Positions 34,171 to 45,113 of a stretch of DNA of 64,000 nucleotides are shown piece by piece. Under the pieces are notes generated by a model that ran no database searches, was not told where the DNA came from, and saw only the letters and a program-made list of their open reading frames with translations. Made by a program: the position numbers and the translations under genes. Source of the stretch: Nemertoderma westbladi (taxonomy: Eukaryota; Animalia; Xenacoelomorpha); assembly GCA_032718475.1 (NCBI GenBank), contig JAUCBJ010008551.1, forward strand, positions 1-64,000, read 5' to 3'. Position 1 is the first letter of the stretch; every line of letters begins with the position of its first letter.

Positions 34171-36849
34171 TTGCAAAAACTCACAATGTCACATCAGGGC
34201 GAACCCACACAATTGGTCGGCGGGGACACCACAGGCGACGACGCAGACTGGATGTCCAAGCCCACTGAACCCGCTATCAGTACCAGAGAATCGGGATACA
34301 AACTCGAGATCGATAACCTTCGACGCCAACTTTTAAGACAGCAACTGGCGGCAAACCAACAGCGTGCAGAATCTGACGCGCGCGCTGACCAGCGGTTCAA
34401 CCAGCTAACACAGATTATGACTCAGCTGGTGACTCTACAACCACAGCATGGCGTACGGACAGCCCCCGCCTATGCCGCCGCTGAACGACTCGACCACGCA
34501 GATAACCCCCCGCCTTGGCATTGCGTCCTAGATATAAAGGACGTGGAAAAGATGGACAGAGATATAGAATTCTCTGCATTTCGTCGTTGGCAGGAAGCCT
34601 GGAAGATCCACTGTCAGCGACAACAGGCTCACTCTTTCACCCGCAGTGAATAAGTTTATGCCCTTGCTTCTGCTTTGGGACGCGATCTACAACAGACTCT
34701 CCACATAGACTCTGCACATAGACCTCGATGACACGGCGCCCTTCCATGCCAATGGTTGTTGACCAATTCCGTTTGCGTTGCGAGATGAAGTTCAGTCGCT
34801 CCTCGAGGATATGGAGTGCCGACAGATCATCGAACGGGTTACAGAGCCCACCGATTAGGCCCACCCGATGACTGTTGTCCGTAAACCAAATGGTAAATTA
34901 CGACTCTGCGTAGATTTACGTCACTTAAACAGCCAGGTCAAATGACCCTTCTACCCCACCCCTAGTCCCCGGGTAGTAGTTTCCGGTGTGTCGACAACTG
35001 CAAAGTACTTTTCAATTTTCGATGCCTCATCGGGGTACTGGCAGATACTGCTCGAGGAAAAAACCCAACTTCTAACCACATTTATAACCCCTTGGAGGAG
35101 GTACAAACATCTTTGAAGTGTAATGGGTTTAATATCAAGTGGGGCCGAATATAATCGATGGGGTGACGATGCCCTTTGTGACCTTCCTAACCTCCTCAAA
35201 CTGGTCAACGACATCCTCCTCTTCGATGATACCATCGACGCCCACCTCGCCAGTATACGCCGTTTCCTTCTCCGATGCTGGGAGATGGGAAATTCCCTGC
35301 ACCCCTCTCAGGTCGACTAATCAGTTTGTATGGAACAGCAATCATGAGGACGCATTCGAGAACAGGAAACAAGCGCTGATTTCTCCACCCGTGCTCGCCC
35401 CATTTGAACCAGAATGTGTAACTTCTCTCCAAACCGACGCCTCCTGGAAGAATGGCCTGGGGTATGCGTTATTACAGCTGCATGAGGAAACCTGGAAGTT
35501 AGTGGAGTGTGGCTCCAGATTTATAACCGACACAGAATCTTGGTACGCGATGGTGGAACTGGAACTACTCGCAGTCGCCTGGGCCACAGAGAAATGCCGC
35601 CTCTACCTCCTTGGCCTTCCCCACTTCACCCTGATTGCAGAACACCAGCCCTTACTAACTAAACTTAATAGATACACAATAGACGACACGGACAATGCCC
35701 ACCTTCAACGAGTAAAGGTGAAACTCAGTCCCTTTGTATTTACCACTAAATGGAGAAAAGGCAAAGAACACCAGATTCCGGATGCGTTGTCCCGCGCTCC
35801 CATCAATGACCCGACCTATGATGACGTCATTGATGATGGAGAAATAGCGTCTTATATCCATGCGGTGACGCTGCAAAAGGCTGCAGACATCATCGGCAAC
35901 CCTGAACCGATGAATAAATCTCTTGACTTGATCCTCGAATCCCTCTGTCGGACAGCCCGGGGCGACCCAGACTATGTTGACCTACTTCAGTCAATCCAAT
36001 CTGGGTTTCCACTAACTTCCCGCGACCTCCCTGGAGTGGCTCCATATCTACCCCTACAGTAGCTATCCTACAGCAGCATCCACGGCGACCCACCTGCGGG
36101 ACACATTTATCCACTATGGTGTCCCAAACCGCTTCAACTCCGACGGGAGAATGCAATTTACGGGTGTGAATCTCACAAAGTTCCTCCGTGATTGGGGAGT
36201 CGAACAGGTGTACTCTTCTCCGGAATATCCACAGGGCATTGGCCATGCGGAGTTGGCTGTTAAAGCTCTCAAAACTTTATTAATGAAAACGGGGGGAAAA
36301 TACGCTCAACTTAATTCTAGGAGGGACTCCTGGAGCTGCGAAATTCACCCCAAGCCCATGGGAAATCCCCCGCCGAAATACTATTTGGGCACCCTATATG
36401 CGTACTTGAGTCCCGATACACAGCCGAGCCTTCCTCTCTGACCATCAACTGGTCCACATGGAGCTGGACAGTTGTGTCCCAACTCTAATTGTGTCCCAAG
36501 TGTCCTATTACAACCGCGCTCAAAAACCCTCCCTCACTTCTCTGTCGGGGATACAGTATGCATACAAATCCCAACTTCAAAACGTTGGGACTGCACCGGA
36601 ACTGTGGTCGAGCAGGCCATTCTGCGCAGCTACAACGGTCGCACGCCTTCGGGGCGGTGCCTCACTCGAAACCGCCGCCATCTACTCCATGATCACACCG
36701 GGACATCGCAGAAACCTTCTATGGGGACCTCCGGCAGAGACGCCATCTTTCAAACCGACCCTCCCCCCTACGACTGCCCTACCAAACAAGTGCGATGGGC
36801 GAAACAACTCATGAACGAGTCCAGCTCGGCCGCGCAAAAACTATCCTAA
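34171..36849 (+). pseudogene. Gypsy gag-pol remnants
   Basis: Short gag N-terminus (34171-34653) and fragments of RT, RNase H (35139-36062) and integrase (36151-36441), with large deletions and frameshifts. Confidence 0.8.
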
Positions 36850-39800
36850 ACGGCACAGACACGAACCTAACAGACTTTGAAACTGAATCTATTTCCTTTT
36901 GGCCGCGCAAAAACTTTCCTAAACGGCACAGACGCCAACCTAACAGACTTTGAATCTGAAACTAACTTCATCTTGTCAATTTATCATACACCTTCAAACT
37001 AGAAAGGGGGTGTGAGGATATCATTACTAATTGCCATACGCGTAGCCTATAGACTATCTATCTCATTAACATACTTTCATATTGAGTAACATTTCTGCTG
37101 TACCACGGTATTAACACTTTCTGCTGTACTGCTGTATGTCAGTACATATTACTGCAGTACTGTTACTGACGTCTAACAACCTACGTTATTATTAATTATC
37201 TTGTTATCATTAAATAAACTTAATCTGAGCGTAGCGGTACGAAATACACCTTGATATTTCCTCACCTTATCGTCTCACAACAGCAACAGATTAGAAAAGG
37301 AAAATTAAACGTATTCCATGAGATATTAAAGGCCAACAATAGCCAATTCCCAATGTATAAATATACAAATTATGTTACGGTATATGGCGCTGTATCCACA
37401 GTATTAGTCCATTATGCAGTATGCAGTATTAGTCCATTATGCAGTATGCAGTATTAGTCCGTTATACTGTACGTAATATTAGTCCGTTGTGCAGTATAAT
37501 TATTTAGATAAGGCGCAGTGTGGTGACATTTAGGTAAGGAAGTTAAAACGCCCATATATTTTGCATCCATTCATTTTGTATAGTATGTAGCCCTACCTAC
37601 GTAATTTTGTATTAGGATATATGTAGATAGTTCCAGGGTAGCGAGTTTACTCGGACCCTGGATTTTGTGCTTGCTGATATTAGTTTGATAGGGCTAGCAT
37701 ATAGGGACGCTGTCCTGGCCATTCAGCAGCCAGAGACGTGATCCATTACCATATATGGTAATAATTTGAGGGCATAGGGCTACAATCCGGTCTCCTTATT
37801 GGATTAACTGCTTCCAGGTTGGTTTAATGCTAGCATGGACTGGAGAGCCAATGGGAGAGCGATTGAGTCACCTTATTGCATCACCCCATCCGGATCACCT
37901 ATAAATTGGCGGTGTGCCGGTAGGGCCTTTTGTTGTTCATATATTTGTTCATATGTTCATGCTTTATCACATGACACACCCCTGTTACAATTTACTTGCT
38001 GAGCTGTCTCTAATTTTGTATTACGATATCGTATTTTCTGCAATTTGCTAATTTTGATTAATTTCTTGGAATGATTTGCTAGTGCGATTACTTTGCTTGT
38101 GTTTCTCAATAATTCCTTCGATTACTGCAAATTACAATCGAACTATGATTTCTACCTTTGATTGATGGTTCTATGTGATTCTTTTCTGCGCAATAATCCC
38201 AAGGGATTCCTGAGACTGTCAGACTTTGTGATTTGCATGCGCCGCTACGGTAGCTATTAGCATCATGGAGGGCTAAGGTGCCAGTGGGCGGTGGGCGCAT
38301 CGGGGGGTTGAGCGACTAGGAGAGAGCGAAGGATTCAAAGCGGGCAACGCTGGCCAGGGTCACCGTTGCGGGCGGGTATCTTGCACTGCGGCACGCAGAC
38401 CGATCGCCGGTACAGTATCTAGGGGGCTGATGATCCAGGTTTTGTCTCTATTTAGTATTAGGGGGGCAGGAATTGGGTTAGTTAGGAATCCTAGATGTAC
38501 CCGGGAGAGGCCTGCGCGTATTAAAACGTTGAGTGTGGAGTACGAGTAGTGAATTGCACAATTGTAAACTGTGATTTCTAACGCTGATTGGTGTGTTATT
38601 GAAGTGTGCCTAAGATTACGAATGCTTAGATAGGCGCTCCTTTTCCTTTGATTGATTTCTATTTCTTAGTTACAATAATTAGTTATTGATTAGGTCAAAG
38701 TAATACGGCAATTTAGGCTATTACTAGCGAAACCTGTTGCGTGATAAATTAGAATTACGTATTCTGGAACTCTTAGTAATTAGTACGCTGTTAAATATTT
38801 GTGACTGTAATTAATTAGTAAAAATTAAGAATTAGTACGCAGCATAGCGGAGAGTAGCTAAGGTAATAATTAGTGTACTGTAAACTATTCACGCTAAGCG
38901 GTTATTTGTATTAGCGGGCAATCAGCTAGAACGCACTATTCGGTACGCACGATACGCTAGTAGTTTTGCTGGCCTAAAGCCAGTCGCGGGCAGTTTTATA
39001 CTCGGGGTGGTATTATCCACGTAGAAACAGATACTGTACCATTTTGATATTTTAAATATTCTCGCATTCACACATTACGTTAGGGAACCTCCAGTATTCG
39101 CGATTAGAAAGACGTAGGTAATAGCGTGCTTTAATAGTGATAAAATTAGGCGTAAGAATACTCTGAGTGCAAGGCCTCTCGCACTCGTCTTAAGTAAGCT
39201 TAGGGAGCCGACTCGGGTTTATTGTTTTGGTTATTCCTGCGTGGCTCATAGATTCGAACAGTTAGCTCTCTATCGAGCAATCGGTAGAGAAAGGAACAAG
39301 CGATTTTGCAGGAGTTGTGTAAATTTAGTAAAATATATTAGCGGACGGCAGATTAGCGCCATCTAACGGTAAGTAGCGGTTTGTATTTAGCAACCCTTAC
39401 AATTTAGTAATAGCACGCTCCTGATCCCCTTTACTTAACAGTAGAGCAGTCTTTGTGTCTTATTGGTTAGACGAGAACTTATTAGGTTGGCAGAAGGATA
39501 TTAACGGGTATTGGTCTGTTCAACAGTTCTGCTGTTAGTATAGAGGTCGCGGTTGTTTATCAGTAATACGCGTTTTGTTTGCTGTAGGCTGTAGCGTACA
39601 GTAAATAGAGTATTCTTAGGCTGTTAGTTTAGATTACTGATACTTCGTATCAGTAATATGCGTATTATTGCTTTGCTGTACTGCGTACGGTGAGACATAG
39701 AGTATTCTTAGGCTGATAGTAGTATCATAGTATTAGGCAATAAGTTTAGAGCACATGATCGTCTGCTGTAGGCTATAGGCTAGCGTACAGTAAGACATTG

Positions 39801-40807
39801 AGTTTATTCTATTAGGTTGTTAGTTTAGATTACTGTATTCACTGGCTGCGTACAATAGTACAGTAGTACATTAGGCTGATTGCTGTTACTGCGTACGGTA
39901 GAAGGACATTTGTTTGCCGTACCACACACAGTATCATTAGGCTGTTAGGTTGGTGTACTGTTTTACTTACTGTACTGCATACAGTGGATGTACGGTAGTG
40001 CGTTTTGCTAATTGCGAATACAGCAGTTCCTTAGGCCTTAGGGCAAACAGTAATTAGTAAGTTTTTTGTGAAGTTTTTTTTGTTAGTAAGTAAGAGTTTT
40101 GTACCGGTATGTTAGGTAACCGCTTAGTTATTTTATACCATCTGGAGATACATGGCAAGACGGAACTTCTGAGTTTGGGGTTCGTGTGGGTCTGCGGGTT
40201 CGGTTTGCAATCAGCGAAGGGCCTGAATCTTTGGACGCGGACGTGGAATCTCACAGCAAACAAGGTTAGTTGTTCTGTTGGCTCCACTGTGTTTGTGGAA
40301 GCAGTAAAAAATTACCGGTTGTTTAACTGCGAAGCTGAACTCAATTTATTAGTTAGGATATTTAGGTTTAGCCGGCCATGGTTTTTTGAATCGCTCAAGT
40401 TAGAGAGAGAGTTAGAGAGAGTCGCAACCCGAAGATGTAGCCACGCGCTAGTGGATACATATAATATTTGAAATTAAAATTACGTTGATTAGAGCTATAT
40501 ATATAAAATTAGAAATATTCGGGCGGCAAGTATATTTTGAATATTTTGTATTAGATTCAGAGTTATTTTGTGCTATACCGGTATTTAATACTATATAGTA
40601 GCTATACAATAATATTTTGTTTAAATATTGTGCTAGTATTTGCTATAACTATATACCCCATTAAATTCACAATATTGCATTGCGAATTTATTTGACATTT
40701 GGACCAACTGATTATTTGACAAATAATTTGACCGTATTTCGGTTAAATTATAATTATATCTCGAACTTTTGCGAGATTTTTGCCGGAAGGCAAACATTAT
40801 TTAGACT

Positions 40808-42703
40808 ATGAGTGTCTCAGACAAAGAGGCACTAGAGGACAGCTATGAGACGGCGGCCGGACCGCCGACTGACGATAGCGTAAATATTACTGTTGATGAC
40901 AATGCCGACTATGACGACGCAGCGAGCGACGCTGACGTAAGTGAACAGGAGGACGAGACAGTGACTAGTGAGGAAGAACAGCAGCCTCAGGTAATAGTAT
41001 TAGAATCCCCTACCGCTACTGTAAGGAAGGATTGTACAGCAACCCGGACAGAGGTGAGTGATAGGGAGGGTAGTGTAGCAGAAGCGAGAGCCCGGAGCCC
41101 GGTTTCCAGACCTGTGGGTATGGTAAGTGCCGTGGTCCCGACGGCTGTTAGGAGTACCCGTAGTTCCCGAAATAATCCTTCAAGTCCACCGAGCGTAAGT
41201 CAGGTGAGCGAGAGAGAACTTGATATCGCGATAAAGAAGAAACTTCGCGCGCATGCCGGACATATAACTCGGACGGCGGACAAGGTAAGGAAGATGTTAG
41301 CTGATTCAGCGAACATCGGGAGGGTAGAGTTAGTAGAGATTAGAAGAGGATATAACTCAGCGTTATTCAAGCAGACAGAGGAGCTTGCAGTCCTAGCGAA
41401 GAAGGCAGTAGAGTCTCAGTCGAGCGACGTAGCAACGAGGATTTACGACAGGGTTTTAGCAGCCTTGTTAGAGCACCGCGAGTTATCGGAGCGATTCCGA
41501 CGAGTTAGGACGGAGAACTGGCTGCTATGGGCATCACAAACGCAGGCGACTCAAGTGAGTGACGCAGAGTTGAGAGAGTTAGTGGAGCGAGAAGAGATCC
41601 AAGATAAGGAAGAGCGCCGTTATCAGAGGGAAGTTACTAGCTGGCTGATGCAGAATGGAGTGGTGGTACCAGGCCAGGTGCTACCGACGACGGAGAACAT
41701 TCAACAGAGGACGTTGACTCCACCCGACGACGCATCTAGAGACAGCGGCGATTCCCAGGTTAGTCACGCGCGAGGTAAGGTAATATGTGCTAGATCCCTT
41801 GTTTCTCACAACTCGGCGGAGGAGAGAAGACGCCGACTAGACGAACAGCAGGCGGAAGTTTTGCGTGCACAGGAAGCACGGAAGGAAGCCGAGCGGGAAC
41901 GGGAGCGCACACGTAAGTTGGACGCAGAGTTACGAGAGTTGGAAGAGATAAGTAAGCGCGAGCGAGCGGAACGCGAGCAAAGGGAACGTGAACTCCAAGC
42001 CGAGCGCGAGCTCGAGGAACTCGAATGCGAACAGAGAGAACGCGAACTCCAACTCGAATGCGAACGGGAAGCGAAGAAACGCGAACTCCAACTTGAATGC
42101 GAACGGGAGGCGAAGAAACGCGAACTCCAACTCGAACGCGAACAGGAAGCGAAGAAACGCGAACTCCAAGCCGAACGCGAGCGCAAGAAACTCGATCGTG
42201 AACAGAAGGAGCGCGAGCTTCAACTTGAACGCGGACGCAAGGAACGCGAACTCGAGATCGAGAAAAGAAGACGCGCATTGTATGAAGAAAAGGCGCGAGT
42301 GGAAGAAGAGAGCGCAGCGAGACGAGCGAGGGAAGAAGAAGAGCGTAAACTGGCGCAGTTGGAAAGTGCGAGATTAAGTTTAGAGAGCGAAGAACGGACT
42401 AGGAAGGCGAACGAAATCGCCGAGAAGGGGATGCGAATGCTCGAAGAATGTGGGGCGAGTGTGGGGACAGAGTTGCGAGAACTGTTCGCACTGCAGAAGG
42501 CCGAACAGGAAGCGAGAACTCCGACTATACGCGAGTCAACGGCGACCAGAATTCCTATACCCGGTCCAGCTATTACGAGTACACGGATCGTTAAACCGTT
42601 CTCTACATATCGCACGCCAGTTGGTATTAGTGCTTCACCCATCGCCCAGGATCTACGTCATCGGAACGCCGCACCACTGTATACCGAACGTGACAACGGA
42701 TAA
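40808..42703 (+). CDS. BEL element 2 Gag N-terminal part (acidic/low-complexity region plus long E/R/K coiled coil)
   Basis: 631-aa ORF in the same frame as 42734-45052, separated only by one TAA at 42701-42703; contains 39-bp (13-aa, KRELQLECEREAK-like) tandem repeats. Confidence 0.75.
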   Translation: MSVSDKEALEDSYETAAGPPTDDSVNITVDDNADYDDAASDADVSEQEDETVTSEEEQQPQVIVLESPTATVRKDCTATRTEVSDREGSVAEARARSPVSRPVGMVSAVVPTAVRSTRSSRNNPSSPPSVSQVSERELDIAIKKKLRAHAGHITRTADKVRKMLADSANIGRVELVEIRRGYNSALFKQTEELAVLAKKAVESQSSDVATRIYDRVLAALLEHRELSERFRRVRTENWLLWASQTQATQVSDAELRELVEREEIQDKEERRYQREVTSWLMQNGVVVPGQVLPTTENIQQRTLTPPDDASRDSGDSQVSHARGKVICARSLVSHNSAEERRRRLDEQQAEVLRAQEARKEAERERERTRKLDAELRELEEISKRERAEREQRERELQAERELEELECEQRERELQLECEREAKKRELQLECEREAKKRELQLEREQEAKKRELQAERERKKLDREQKERELQLERGRKERELEIEKRRRALYEEKARVEEESAARRAREEEERKLAQLESARLSLESEERTRKANEIAEKGMRMLEECGASVGTELRELFALQKAEQEARTPTIRESTATRIPIPGPAITSTRIVKPFSTYRTPVGISASPIAQDLRHRNAAPLYTERDNG

Positions 42704-45052
42704 TTTAGAGAAGAAACTCCGACGGGCCGAGTATTGGGCGAACCGAACCCGCGGGTTTGGAATACGCGGACGGAGCGCCGACCCAGTTCGACGGAGAACT
42801 TCCGGGTTAAACCGGAAGAGGGATCATATGAGAGACAGCGGATTACTCAGATAGAGCCGACTATACAACAGAACCCTAGCCAGGAATTTATTACGAGGGA
42901 TGAGTTAAGTGCTAGTTTAGCGCAAGCTATATCGCTGCACATCCAACCTATAACGGACATGCTTAGCAACCTACGGTTAAAGGAAGCAGCCCAGGTAAGA
43001 AGTAATTCTAATCCTAGCAGGCCTGAGTTAGATAAAGTCCAGCCTAGTCAACGAGTACGCATATCGGAGGAGACTATACCACATAGACCTCAGGTAAGGA
43101 CGCCTGTCCCGAATATCCATAATCCCAATTTCGAAAATTCGGCGGAAAAATTTATTGAGGACGCTTGGGTCAGGGCCTCGGCGCGCAAACCATCGCGAGC
43201 GCTAAGGACTGACACCGAGTCAAGCGATGAAGAGGAAGACATGAGACGTCAGAAGTCCCGAAACTATAAGGAAAGAAGGACCGACGCGGAGCAGGTAAGT
43301 TGGAACCACCGGGAAAGGACCAGACTTAACAACCCTGAGGAACTAAACCATTTGTTAACCCGGAACGACGCAACCCTTAGGGACATAGGTAAGTTTGCTG
43401 CTAGGCAAGGACTGCCGACGCAACAACCCCAGAAGTTTATGGGTAACCATAAACATTGGAGGACCTTCAAAACCTATGTCGACGAGCAGCTAACCAACAG
43501 CACCTTTACTCCCAACGAGAAGTTCAACTATTTGCTTCAGATGCTCCATCGAGAACCTAGAGCCATTGCTGATAACTTCGTCGGCAATGAAAGAGCATTT
43601 GAGTTAGCGATGAAGACGCTTAGTGACATCTACGGGAATAAAACCAAGATGGCGCAGTCGATAGTGGAAGACTTGGGTAAGGGCGGAAGGATTACAACTC
43701 CGTTAGAGCTGTTGAACTTAGCGAACGCTATTTCGAACACATTGGACATCTTGAGGACGGTGAATCTACCTCATCATGGTGATCACGCCGAAGTTTTGAA
43801 GAGCGTAATAAGACGTCTAAACATGCGTTACCGACAGAAATGGCGCAAATTAGAGAATAAGTTGGAGGGCCAAGGTAAAGTATTGACACTTCAGCATATT
43901 CATGACATGATAGCCACAGACGCAGTAGCAGAGATGAAATCAAACTTCTCAGAAGAGAATATGAGGGAGTCTAAACCTGTTACCGGTAAGTCTATGGTAA
44001 GTTTTGACGATGACAGGACCACTGTGACATTTAACTCAGTAGACAGATATAATTCGAGTACCCCAGCCTTTAGATCAGACTCGCGAGTATGGTCAGGTGA
44101 GCGGTTAGATAGACCTAGGTTAAAGCAACAGGAGTTGCCGGATGGATTTGTAGGTTGCCAATACTGTTTACTAAAGGAGGTAAGATCTGACGACCATAAG
44201 TTGGATAGTTGCAGACGGTTCAAAGAATTAAATTCGGAACAGAGAAGAATTCAAGTGCGGACGTTGGACACCTGTTGGGCATGTCTTGCGCCAGGTCATG
44301 TACGGCGGCAGTGCCCGAACAGCAAGGACGGATGCATGGAATGCGGCAGACTACATCACAAGTTGCTACATGCGGATTTCCATACCCCAACGGACCGTTA
44401 CTTACAGCGAAATCCTCAAAGGAAGGGGAGCAAAGAACCCGTATCGATAAGGAGGAATACGTATATCGGCATTCAGGACGATGGTTACCAACCAGGTTCG
44501 TCGGACGAGGATGGCGAGTCGAGCGCGAGAGAAGTGACCTGCCAAGGTTTCACCGCGGATAGTTCATCGACCAGCGCGCGGACGTATTTATCATCGGCCA
44601 CGTCGGAAATATTTAGCGTGATTCCGGTGAAACTTACTGGCGATAAGGGATCAAAGCGAATATATGTGATGTTGGACACTGCGTCCACATTATCGTATAT
44701 CGACGAGGAAGTGGCGAGAGCTATTTCTAGCTTCCAGGACGCCGAGGAAATCCAAATAGAGTTGAAGTCTATGCATGGGGTAGGAGACCTCAAGGGACAC
44801 AGAATTTCGGTAGAACTTGATTCCCTACTTCCGAGAGACCAGCATACTCGACAAGAACGGAAAGATTTGCCATTGGACGGATTTAAGTGTCTAGCTATGA
44901 AGGGATTCGGCAGGCAGTTAGGTAAGGTGCCGCCGATGAGTCCCATAGCACAGGAGTATTTTGACAAGCTCAGGATACCCAGACACCAGGTAGGTTATAG
45001 GAATGTTTCTATGTTAATTGGTGCAGAACAGCTGATCGCACACCAGATATGA
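42704..45052 (+). CDS. BEL element 2 Gag core, Cys-His knuckles and aspartic protease
   Basis: PQKFMGNHKHWRTF...EKFNYLLQML (BEL gag core), CQYC...H...C, CWACLAPGHVRRQC, CMECGRLHHKLLH and VMLDTAS; a frameshift near 45045 leads into GPHAHRTILGW in the next frame. Confidence 0.85.
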   Translation, partial: FREETPTGRVLGEPNPRVWNTRTERRPSSTENFRVKPEEGSYERQRITQIEPTIQQNPSQEFITRDELSASLAQAISLHIQPITDMLSNLRLKEAAQVRSNSNPSRPELDKVQPSQRVRISEETIPHRPQVRTPVPNIHNPNFENSAEKFIEDAWVRASARKPSRALRTDTESSDEEEDMRRQKSRNYKERRTDAEQVSWNHRERTRLNNPEELNHLLTRNDATLRDIGKFAARQGLPTQQPQKFMGNHKHWRTFKTYVDEQLTNSTFTPNEKFNYLLQMLHREPRAIADNFVGNERAFELAMKTLSDIYGNKTKMAQSIVEDLGKGGRITTPLELLNLANAISNTLDILRTVNLPHHGDHAEVLKSVIRRLNMRYRQKWRKLENKLEGQGKVLTLQHIHDMIATDAVAEMKSNFSEENMRESKPVTGKSMVSFDDDRTTVTFNSVDRYNSSTPAFRSDSRVWSGERLDRPRLKQQELPDGFVGCQYCLLKEVRSDDHKLDSCRRFKELNSEQRRIQVRTLDTCWACLAPGHVRRQCPNSKDGCMECGRLHHKLLHADFHTPTDRYLQRNPQRKGSKEPVSIRRNTYIGIQDDGYQPGSSDEDGESSAREVTCQGFTADSSSTSARTYLSSATSEIFSVIPVKLTGDKGSKRIYVMLDTASTLSYIDEEVARAISSFQDAEEIQIELKSMHGVGDLKGHRISVELDSLLPRDQHTRQERKDLPLDGFKCLAMKGFGRQLGKVPPMSPIAQEYFDKLRIPRHQVGYRNVSMLIGAEQLIAHQI

Positions 45053-45113
45053 TCCGCATGTTAATGGACCACATGCCCATAGGACCATACTAGGTTGGTA
45101 TACAAGAGTACCT

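Larger units (their letters stand above)
31946..37279 (+). mobile_element. Gypsy (Mag-like) LTR retrotransposon, internally deleted
   Basis: 5' LTR at 31946-32176 plus 34087-34119 (split by an RTE), PBS TGGCGCAG at 34123, PPT AGAAAGGGGG at 37001-37010, 3' LTR 37011-~37279; remnants of RT (LRLCVD, FDASSGYWQI, LVNDILL), RNase H ([26 protein letters not shown]) and IN (SSPEYPQGIGHAE). Confidence 0.88.

Noticed and set aside
41790-42642. Antisense ORFs over the BEL 2 coiled-coil region
   Set aside because: Shadow ORFs of repetitive, codon-biased sense sequence.
45040-45113. Programmed gag-pol frameshift in BEL 2
   Set aside because: No slippery heptamer is visible and BEL elements usually have one ORF; a small deletion is the simpler explanation.
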